Of a stretch of 64,000 bases of DNA, positions 56,835 to 64,000 are shown piece by piece; the first letter of the stretch is position 1; every line of letters starts with the position of its first letter. This DNA comes from Candidatus Poseidoniaceae archaeon (GTDB lineage Archaea; Thermoplasmatota; Poseidoniia; Poseidoniales; Poseidoniaceae), in assembly GCA_949372645.1 (NCBI GenBank), contig CASIAP010000009.1:65107-129106 (forward strand), given 5' to 3'. A program made the position numbers and the translations under genes. The notes below the pieces were generated by a model. That model had not been told where the DNA came from, did not search any database, and saw nothing but the letters and a program-made list of their open reading frames with translations.

Positions 56835-57671
56835 TTACAGTTCCGTGGTTGGGTCCCAACCTGAAACATAGTTCTCTTCCAGTGCCATGATGGCTTCCAT
56901 TTCACTTGAAATATCAACGTTGAGTGAAGCGATGTTCTCAATGATCCGCTTTGGATTGCTCGACTTGGGAATCGTAATGCATCCTTGGTCATAACAGAAC
57001 TTGATGGCAACTTGGGCAGGCGTACAGTTGAGTCGTGTGGCGATTTCTGCAAGTCGAGGGTCATCGACTTTCTCGCCGCGTGCAAGTGGAGAGTAAGCCA
57101 TTAATCGAGCCCCTGCGTCTTCAGTGGCTTGCTTGAGATGAGGTCGTTGTAGCCAAGGGTTGTACTCGACTTGATTGACACTTGGCATGTAATTTGCATA
57201 TTTTTTCATCGCATCCAAATGGGCAACGCCATAGTTGGAAACACCGATTGATTTGACCCATCCTTGCTCAAGGCAGTATTCCATCGCTTTCCAAACGGGT
57301 GCGCGGTGTTCAGGATCAAGAGGCGGTGCATGGACCAAATAGAGGTCGATGTATTCGGTATCAAGAAGTTCGAGCGATTTCTTACATTGCTCAATGGTTT
57401 CTTCATACCCAACAGCATCTCCACGGCGAATTTTGGTCGTGATGAAGACTGAAGAGCGCTCAACACCCGTTTCTTTGAGGGCCCGGCCAACGTCACGTTC
57501 ATTCTGATACATGCTTGCAGTATCGATGTGCGTATAGCCCGCCTTGAACGCAGCCAAGATCGAAGATTTGCATTCTCCACCATCCGGCATCAAAAAGACG
57601 CCAAGACCAAATTGTGGGATTTGAGTAGGATAGGCTTCCTTGCCTTCCGGTGTTTGATGACTGATGTGCAT
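56835..57671 (-). CDS. aldo/keto reductase (DkgA-like)
   Basis: IPQFGLGVF, GYTHIDTASMYQNE, VFITTKI and IDLYLVHAP are AKR signature blocks. Start is ATG 57671, or upstream at 57722. Confidence 0.85.
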   Translation of the reverse strand: MHISHQTPEGKEAYPTQIPQFGLGVFLMPDGGECKSSILAAFKAGYTHIDTASMYQNERDVGRALKETGVERSSVFITTKIRRGDAVGYEETIEQCKKSLELLDTEYIDLYLVHAPPLDPEHRAPVWKAMEYCLEQGWVKSIGVSNYGVAHLDAMKKYANYMPSVNQVEYNPWLQRPHLKQATEDAGARLMAYSPLARGEKVDDPRLAEIATRLNCTPAQVAIKFCYDQGCITIPKSSNPKRIIENIASLNVDISSEMEAIMALEENYVSGWDPTTEL

Positions 57672-57754
57672 ATCTCGGCCAAAAGGTGGAGATTGATGAA
57701 TCCGCCGATTCATTCGACTCAAGTTCGAGGTGTGGGGTTCAGCACACTGTTGAC

Positions 57755-58414
57755 TTATTCCGCTTCGAATAGATCCGAATCTGTTGAGCTTCGAACAATC
57801 AGCAGGCCCAGGAGCAATACAGCGGCACCCCCGGTACCAACCGCAACATACAGCAAAACCTCTTCGGGGGTCAACGGTTCATCTGTGTCGGAACTTTCAA
57901 CAGATTGCTCTTCTTTATTGACGCCAAAGCTACTCCCGATTTGAGGAGCAGTTGAAGCGTTATGGCTGTCCATGTCTTTGAACAGGCGGATAGTAGCATT
58001 GACAGATGTACCGTCCTCACGAAGGTCTTGGTATGCATAATCGCCTTCAGTCCAGTTGATATCGAATTCAAGGACAAAACTTGTTGTGCAGTTTGGTTCG
58101 ATTTTACTGTTATTTTCATCAGTCTCGCAATAAGCGTGAAGTTCTCCAGAATCCCAGTCAAAGGTTCCGTTGTACAAACCGTCTCCGTCATGGTCGTACA
58201 CCAAGCGATGAGTGAGGTTCGAAGCATTGTCCGTGTTATACCAGATGATTGAATCGTTATGGAAGATCTCTGGTGCAGTCTGTGAAAAGCCACCTTCTTT
58301 TACGAGGACGGTAAACGAATTTGCTGTGTGCGCACTTGACTGCAGTGGAGTGACTACGACAGCAGCCAAGAGGACGAAAAGAAGAACGGGCAAAGCCATG
58401 CGTCGCATGAACAA
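57755..58414 (-). CDS. hypothetical secreted protein with C-terminal TM anchor
   Basis: Signal peptide MALPVLLFVLLAAVVVTPLQSSA, a ~140-aa beta-rich ectodomain with many N-x-S/T sites, and a TM near the C-terminus. No Cu-ligand pattern is present. Confidence 0.5.
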   Translation of the reverse strand: MFMRRMALPVLLFVLLAAVVVTPLQSSAHTANSFTVLVKEGGFSQTAPEIFHNDSIIWYNTDNASNLTHRLVYDHDGDGLYNGTFDWDSGELHAYCETDENNSKIEPNCTTSFVLEFDINWTEGDYAYQDLREDGTSVNATIRLFKDMDSHNASTAPQIGSSFGVNKEEQSVESSDTDEPLTPEEVLLYVAVGTGGAAVLLLGLLIVRSSTDSDLFEAE

Positions 58415-58490
58415 AAGGTCGGGCCACAGATAGATAAATCATCGCATGTGATGGGCGAATTCAAATACAACCCCTTGTTGAAACCTACCT

Positions 58491-60497
58491 ATGAAATCCA
58501 ATCTACTGTTCATAAATCGCGATGCAGCGGACAGAATTATCACGTATGCTTTCGTTGGTTTGGTGACCATATGCCTGCTTTCTGCAACAGCATATCTTGC
58601 CCTTGGTGGAGAAAAAAATGCAGATAAAGCCGATACAGCTACTGCGTGGGTCGACCCTGTTGTTGAAATTGAAGACGAACAGCACAGCCACACCGACCTC
58701 TTAGCCCACCGGTTGAAAACCGACAACATGGAACTCATCGACTATCATAATCTCAACTGCGACGGCAACGTTGCCCCGCCAGCCGAACTTGACAACGTCG
58801 CAGGACGGCCTTGTCTCCCAGAATACAAGAACATCGGACCGACACCTGGTGATTCTTCTGAGATCTCAATTGAAGGCAATTTCATGGAAGATTGCGTCAA
58901 GAACCCTGACGGGTCCGGTGGATGCTACGCCTATGTTTCTTCGTACAACCAATTCGAAATTTTGGACATCTCGGAACCAAACAACATTGTCCTCCTCTCG
59001 ACCTACTACGCTGAGATTGGCCGTATGATTGACATCAAGGTCACACCAGATAACAACTGGGTGCTGGTCAATCACGAATTGACAAACAGTGATCTTGACC
59101 CAATCCCAAATGACGATGACGCCAACAGCGGTGCAAACCGACTCGATGTCATCTCTGTGGTCAACAAGAATGAACCAATCAAGGTCGCTGAATGGAACAA
59201 TCCCCCCGCGGGATTCCACAATCAAGACATGCACGTGGACTGCGAGTGGGAACCAACAAACCCTCTATGGTCCATTGAAGAGTGCCACCTGTTCCTCTAC
59301 GGTGCAGACCCCTATCCAGAAATGGTCGAAGGCGATTCTGGAACCTTTTACAAAGGCACACAAATCTTCTACGTCCCTCTCGGTTTTGAATCATGGATTG
59401 ATCCAACTGCAACAGACGAAGAGCAAAACAACAGCCGCCAAATCCTTCGCTGGGGAGGATACTCTCCAGAACCAGAAACAACCTGCGGTGGCTCGATTTT
59501 CAACCACGATAACGTGTTCCATATCCATCCAATCACCGGACAGAAACTCCTCTACATTTCCTACTGGGATGCTGGACTAAGAATCGTCGATGTCTCGAAC
59601 CCACCAGAAGTTCCTGACCCTGAAGGCATCAGCTGGCCACAGGACAACGAAGTTGGACGATGGCTTGGATGCCCGAGCGCTGATGATGGCTGGTACGGCC
59701 CTGACGGTGGTGGCCATGCGAACATGTCTTCCGAAGAATGGGGCGGCAGCAGCGGCGCCCTCAACGGTAACGGCTGGATCCACTACGCGGTTCCTTACGA
59801 CCACTTGTTGTGCAACGGAGCCAAGGACACCGACCCAACGGAAACATGGGATGCTGAATGCGGCACAGGACCAAACGACGCTGAATTCGGTATCAACTGG
59901 CGCCACTTGACCATGATCGCACCGGAGTACGGCACCAACACCAACCACACCGGTTACATCTGGACCATTGACACCACCGATCCTGCCAAGCCGTTCTTGA
60001 TGAGCAAGTGGAAGCTTCCCGGTTCAAGCATCTTGCCTGACGGTAGCGAACACCCTCACCACTACATCCCAGGTGGCTATATTTACAGCCCCCACAACGG
60101 AGACACTGGAACCCACGGTAACGTCTACTGGACGCACTACCACGCAGGAAACTGGGTCACCGACCACAGCGATATTTGGCAAGACCTCGAGTGGGTTGAT
60201 GGCACTCCAGCCCCTGAAATCGGCTACCCTGCTATTGCTAAGATGTCTGAAACCAAGACGTTGGGATACTACCTTCCTTCAGGCCCAACTTGGATTGACG
60301 ACCCTACAACGACCTTAGGCTACGATATGGCTGATTGTTGGGCTTCGTGTATGATTCCATTCGACTGGGGCCTTCAATACGACCCTCGAGGCTATCTGTT
60401 CATTTCAGAGATGGTCACTGGCGTCTATGTGGTGCAAATGGAGGAGGACAAGAATCCGAACTTTGTCTATCCACCTCTTTACCCAAGTGACGATTGA
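58491..60497 (+). CDS. LVIVD-repeat beta-propeller-like surface protein
   Basis: N-terminal TM anchor. FEILDISEPNNIVLLSTY and YISYWDAGLRIVDVSNP match the LVIVD repeat consensus. The protein is rich in W, G and D. Confidence 0.6.
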   Translation: MKSNLLFINRDAADRIITYAFVGLVTICLLSATAYLALGGEKNADKADTATAWVDPVVEIEDEQHSHTDLLAHRLKTDNMELIDYHNLNCDGNVAPPAELDNVAGRPCLPEYKNIGPTPGDSSEISIEGNFMEDCVKNPDGSGGCYAYVSSYNQFEILDISEPNNIVLLSTYYAEIGRMIDIKVTPDNNWVLVNHELTNSDLDPIPNDDDANSGANRLDVISVVNKNEPIKVAEWNNPPAGFHNQDMHVDCEWEPTNPLWSIEECHLFLYGADPYPEMVEGDSGTFYKGTQIFYVPLGFESWIDPTATDEEQNNSRQILRWGGYSPEPETTCGGSIFNHDNVFHIHPITGQKLLYISYWDAGLRIVDVSNPPEVPDPEGISWPQDNEVGRWLGCPSADDGWYGPDGGGHANMSSEEWGGSSGALNGNGWIHYAVPYDHLLCNGAKDTDPTETWDAECGTGPNDAEFGINWRHLTMIAPEYGTNTNHTGYIWTIDTTDPAKPFLMSKWKLPGSSILPDGSEHPHHYIPGGYIYSPHNGDTGTHGNVYWTHYHAGNWVTDHSDIWQDLEWVDGTPAPEIGYPAIAKMSETKTLGYYLPSGPTWIDDPTTTLGYDMADCWASCMIPFDWGLQYDPRGYLFISEMVTGVYVVQMEEDKNPNFVYPPLYPSDD

Positions 60498-60503
60498 TTG
60501 AAC

Positions 60504-60520
60504 ACAAGGTCCTCCCTTGT
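60504..60520 (+). terminator. perfect hairpin ACAAGG-TCCTC-CCTTGT 7 nt after the stop codon
   Basis: 6-bp stem and 5-nt loop read directly from the sequence. A termination role is assumed only from its position. Confidence 0.35.
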
Positions 60521-60755
60521 ACATGGCGTCGTTGCCGTGGGTAGCGTTCAATATGGCCCATAGAGAGCCCATGTATGCACTAAATCTGTTCACAAAGATG
60601 TTATGGTGAAACCCTCGTGAACATATGCTATCCATTTATCCACTTCACTAGATCACATTCATTTTGAGCGTACTCTTGTAATCAAGTGATCTCTATTTTT
60701 GGGAAATGGTTGGGCCAAAATTTAAGTAATCTATTCTTGAGATTGTCATGAGTAT

Positions 60756-61070
60756 ATGTCTATATCTTCTGTGAAGGAAACTTTCGCACAAGCGAAGAAG
60801 ATGGGTTTAGAACTAAGTTCTGATGGGAAATCGTGGGTTCCAGTTGAGGAACTTGTCGTTAAATTACCTCCAGAGAAACATAAACAAGTTCGAATTAGCG
60901 TGAACAAGAATAAAGGAGATTCAACATGGTTACAATGGATATTTCAAATTGGAATCGTCGCCTTACTCCTTGTAATCATTGGCACCTTTATCGCAGCAAG
61001 GTTGATTTACGAGATGGTTATCTTCTTTATGCTATTTATTTCAAGTCTAGGTGGCTCAGCATTCGGTTAA
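60756..61070 (+). CDS. possible small membrane protein within an AT-rich island
   Basis: 104-aa ORF. Lys-rich N-half, two hydrophobic segments (IFQIGIVALLLVIIGTFIAA, MVIFFMLFISSLGG). No homology support. Confidence 0.35.
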   Translation: MSISSVKETFAQAKKMGLELSSDGKSWVPVEELVVKLPPEKHKQVRISVNKNKGDSTWLQWIFQIGIVALLLVIIGTFIAARLIYEMVIFFMLFISSLGGSAFG

Positions 61071-61164
61071 AAAACAAGCCAAAAAGACTGTTTAAAAAAA
61101 GTCAACAATTCCGCCAAAAAAATTATTCAAAGGGATAAAAAAGAAATTCAAGAAATAATTGACG

Positions 61165-61242
61165 TACACAAGGGGACCCGTTGTATACGTATACAGCCAC
61201 AAGGGTACCGTTGAAGTCGCCCGTGTCTACAACGGGCCCCTT
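61165..61242. promoter_or_regulatory. array of three related quasi-palindromic 15-19-bp sites at 30-31-bp spacing
   Basis: CACAAGGGGACCCGTTGT (61167-61184), CACAAGGGTACCGTTG (61198-61213) and ACAACGGGCCCCTT (61229-61242, an inverted copy). GTATACGTATAC lies between sites 1 and 2. Confidence 0.45.
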
Positions 61243-61479
61243 ATGTTCGCTGACTTATGCAGAAACACATATATCAATCATAATCTAGGATAATACATGG
61301 GTTTGTCCATAAACCCAAGAAAAGAGGAACTCCCTATCTGAGAACTCTTAATGGGTCATATACAACGCTAGCATGAGCAAACCAGAGATTAGATATTGAT
61401 GAATCGGTCACTTCACTAGAGTTATCATAATACGCTTAAACCTCTTAGATTGTTTGTGGCCCGAGTCCTCTATAACGGA

Positions 61480-62280
61480 ATGACCTTGCCCGGTTCAGGA
61501 AGTTCTCCAAAGAATTGGTGGTGGACTTCAGGTATTTGTTTTGGCCTTTTTCTGTTTTTTGTTATGATTGATGGGACGCTTGAGTCCTCAGATAGTGGCT
61601 ATGAAATACCAGGCTCTTGGGTGAATGATGGATTCGAGGACTGTAATGATGGTAGTGATGAAACATACGGAGGTTTGTATTACAGCGATACTTTCACCTG
61701 CGATCAAACATCAACGTCCGGCAATGCTGCATTTGCCTTCCTTGGAACGGGGAGTTGCTGTTTTTCTGTGATTGCTGGCATAGTTGCTCTTTCGATTGGC
61801 AATTCTAAACAAACTGTTATTGTTCAACAAATGCCTCAAATGTATGCTCCTCAGCCGATTATTCAACAGGTTATTCACCAACCAGTCCAACAAGCACCAC
61901 GAGGGCAAATGCCTATCCAACAGCGCCCTCCTCAACAAGCACCACGAGGGCAAATGCCTATCCAACCGCGCCCTCCAAAACCCACTGTAAACCCTCAAGG
62001 ATTTGCACAACAAGCAAAGAATCTCGAAATGGCAAGAGATTTCCAGGGAGCTGCAGACATGTTCCAGAAAGCAGGATTATTTGCAGAGGCTGGAAGAGTG
62101 CGTCAAAAATTCCTTGAGAAAGAGGACAAACCAGTTGTTCAGATCGGACAAGTCGGCAATTCAGTGGTCCAAGACTCAGTGATTATGGGCAGTTCCCCTC
62201 AACCGAATATCTGTAATGGATGTAATTCTTCAATCCAACCGGACTGGAAGTTTTGCCCAAGCTGTAATGCCCCAATTTGA
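61480..62280 (+). CDS. membrane protein with LDLa-like acidic motif, Pro/Gln-rich tandem repeat and C-terminal zinc ribbon
   Basis: TM1 WWWTSGICFGLFLFFVMI. WVNDGFEDCNDGSDE. TM2. 2x QQAPRGQMPIQ(Q/P)RPP. C-terminal CNGCNSSIQPDWKFCPSCN. ATG 61480 is preferred to the TTG at 61450. Confidence 0.55.
   Translation: MTLPGSGSSPKNWWWTSGICFGLFLFFVMIDGTLESSDSGYEIPGSWVNDGFEDCNDGSDETYGGLYYSDTFTCDQTSTSGNAAFAFLGTGSCCFSVIAGIVALSIGNSKQTVIVQQMPQMYAPQPIIQQVIHQPVQQAPRGQMPIQQRPPQQAPRGQMPIQPRPPKPTVNPQGFAQQAKNLEMARDFQGAADMFQKAGLFAEAGRVRQKFLEKEDKPVVQIGQVGNSVVQDSVIMGSSPQPNICNGCNSSIQPDWKFCPSCNAPI
61888..61977 (+). repeat. 2 x 45-bp near-identical in-frame tandem repeat
   Basis: CAACAAGCACCACGAGGGCAAATGCCTATCCAAC(A/C)GCGCCCTCC(T/A) occurs at 61888 and 61933. 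Confidence 0.85.
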
Positions 62281-62428
62281 ACAACTGGCTTATACTCTCT
62301 TCAGTTCAAAGTGAAAATTGGAGCCATAGCGAGGTTGTTGCTGCATACCATTGGAAAGAGAACCGACTGAAGGTGTTTGAGTTTTTGTCGGCTCAATCTT
62401 TAACAACCAAAAATATCTATCGATTCTT

Positions 62429-64000
62429 ATGCAGGTCTTCTACTCGAACAAGATTCTACTCGGTGCTGCTACCTTTTTACTACTCATCAATGTAACATTC
62501 TTACCAATGGTTTTCACGAGTGCGGTCCCTGATGCAGTGGAAGAAAATTTTGCTACCTTTCCTCTCGATTCTGCCTGTGGTGATGACGGAAACTGCGACA
62601 GCGTCGAAGATTCGTGGGCCACAACGACTGTAACTCGTGATTATTATGCCTGGGATTTAGCGAATTTAGAAGACGTGTTAGCAGAGGGTGCTGAGCCAAG
62701 ATATGTGGAAAAAGGCCCTTATACCTATGAAATAACATCGGAAAAAACCCTCTTAGAACATGATGAACAGAACGGTGAACTCACCTATAATGTTGTCAAA
62801 AGTTACCGCTGCTCCACCGAGAGTACCAACTCTTGTGATGAGGATTTGACTCAATTGAATATTCAGTTTCGACCACAATTAATTGGCGCGACTGGAACGG
62901 CATTCAGAGGCATCATGGATTTGACGAAAGTTGGTTTTTCAAGTGGAATGATGAATCAAGATTTGAATACAACTCAAGCCGGAATTGCTACTGCAGCGTT
63001 CATTGAATCGATGACCAGTACCGTTGGAGGGGCAGGTTTTGGCTCGTATTCATACGCAGCATTAACTGCAGCCGAAGCCGTTGGGCAAGTGAGCGTATTG
63101 TTGCCAAATACCCTTGATGGAAACATATTGCCAATAGCGAACTTCTTGGGAGGTCTCGATAAAGCACTGAATTCTTCATTCCATCCATCAGATCCTCTGT
63201 TTGATATTTCATTACTGAATGATTTGGGCCCAGTAGCCTTTGTTTCAATGGGAGAACCAGATGCATTATTATCAGAACTTGAAGCAAACCCAACCAATTC
63301 AATCTCGGTCAAACGAGCGAGAGCTTACGGCTACTTGGCTGCTGAAATGGTTGATACGGATGGTGATGGTTTGGACGACTCAGAAAGCATTGATTATGCT
63401 CAAACGCTGATTCGAGATTGGGCATTATATGTTGGAATTGGTTTTGAATTTCAATCGAATGGTGGAGGCTCGCCATACACCGATAGTGATGATATTGCTG
63501 ACCGTTTGAATAATTTATTTGGGATTGATTTCTCCGATGTTGACTGTCTAAATTTGATGCTGAATGGTGATGGAACCAGTAGCCCACTTGGTTTGTTAGC
63601 TACAAATTCAGGAGGGACGGGATTTGGATTAAGCAAATTTTTAGAATTATCATCATCTGAAGCAATGTCGGCTTTTGGTTTAAGTCAAGACCAATACGAT
63701 GTGATAACCCCTTGGGCAAATGGCTGGTCGAACTCCACCTCTTCACTTCAAATGGCTTTACTTGGAGGTAATGGTACACTCAATGCCAAGCAATTTGTCA
63801 ACACAAGTTTTGGTGCTCAAGATCCAATCGGTGGTGGTTTTCTGCAGTACAGTTTGAATCAGGGTGGTGATTGGGGTTCGCAGAATTCGATTCCTGACAT
63901 TGCACTCACCCCTGAACAATCGGCTGAAATATTGTATGGGCCAATGGGTCTGACCACAACGGATGGAGCACTGTTCTTCCTTTACGGTGAATTGTCCGGT
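62429..64000 (+). CDS. CD36/LIMP-2/SR-B family-like membrane protein (5' partial; runs off the window)
   Basis: My own translation from ATG 62429 shows no stop through 64000. It has an N-terminal TM, then YYAWDLANLEDVLAEGAEPRYVEKGPYTYEI...QNGELTYNVVKSY...LTQLNIQ. This aligns to the CD36-family N-terminal signature. The ORF is not in the supplied track because it is open-ended. Confidence 0.6.
   Translation, partial: MQVFYSNKILLGAATFLLLINVTFLPMVFTSAVPDAVEENFATFPLDSACGDDGNCDSVEDSWATTTVTRDYYAWDLANLEDVLAEGAEPRYVEKGPYTYEITSEKTLLEHDEQNGELTYNVVKSYRCSTESTNSCDEDLTQLNIQFRPQLIGATGTAFRGIMDLTKVGFSSGMMNQDLNTTQAGIATAAFIESMTSTVGGAGFGSYSYAALTAAEAVGQVSVLLPNTLDGNILPIANFLGGLDKALNSSFHPSDPLFDISLLNDLGPVAFVSMGEPDALLSELEANPTNSISVKRARAYGYLAAEMVDTDGDGLDDSESIDYAQTLIRDWALYVGIGFEFQSNGGGSPYTDSDDIADRLNNLFGIDFSDVDCLNLMLNGDGTSSPLGLLATNSGGTGFGLSKFLELSSSEAMSAFGLSQDQYDVITPWANGWSNSTSSLQMALLGGNGTLNAKQFVNTSFGAQDPIGGGFLQYSLNQGGDWGSQNSIPDIALTPEQSAEILYGPMGLTTTDGALFFLYGELSG

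Noticed and set aside
60641-61420. 12-bp direct repeat CACTTCACTAGA at 60641 and 61409, bracketing the AT-rich segment with the small ORF and the palindrome array (possible att sites or a target-site duplication)
   Set aside because: A single 12-mer match is weak: on the order of 100 such pairs are expected by chance in a 64-kb window, although only ~0.03 within a 1-kb span. No transposase, integrase or terminal inverted repeats are present. It is kept only as a note to test when computing GC skew and repeats.
62277-62495. 72-aa plus-strand ORF between the zinc-ribbon gene and the CD36-like gene
   Set aside because: It overlaps the start and TM region of the much longer open frame beginning at 62429 and has no motif support. 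It is probably spurious.

Overview
The window reads as an archaeal chromosome segment. The evidence is topoisomerase VI A/B, TFB, Sec61-beta, an XerA-like recombinase, archaeal phosphopantothenate synthetase, an Lrp/AsnC regulator and a Toprim protein. The organism looks like an aerobic, acid-proteome marine euryarchaeote. Marine Group II / Poseidoniales is my inference from gene content and style, not a computed assignment. Coding density is high and many stop/start codons overlap (ATGA, GTGA, TGATG). Core content includes top6AB, tfb, gcvH, rnhA, ribD, a NadC-like gene, an NSUN-type RNA methyltransferase and a nucleotide-sugar/glycosylation cluster. There is also a complete cox operon (coxII, a Reeler-like gene, coxI, coxIII, coxIV, SCO1) followed by tRNA-Ser(UGA). 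No rRNA, CRISPR array or clear transposon/prophage was found. The main theme is a concentration of extracellular, membrane-anchored proteins carrying eukaryote-type modules. The strongest case is an open-ended ORF at 62429-64000, absent from the ORF track, whose N-terminal ectodomain matches the CD36/LIMP-2/SR-B signature block. It lies behind an AT-rich island that carries three phased quasi-palindromic sites. Other examples are a kexin-like convertase with a P-domain and TSP3/MopE-like repeats, and a membrane protein with an N-terminal SAP motif. There is also an LDLa-like acidic motif and a SCO1 fused to DUF4430-like and EGF-like modules. A weaker candidate island is TerB-TerB, an orphan N6-adenine methyltransferase and an NTPase. 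At least six genes are broken by single-nucleotide frameshifts: DUF167, coxII, coxI (twice), a CoA-binding protein and a Rieske oxygenase. Five of the six breaks need a +1 correction and one sits in a G6 run, so assembly indels are the leading explanation. All homology calls come from reading motifs by eye; no database search was run.
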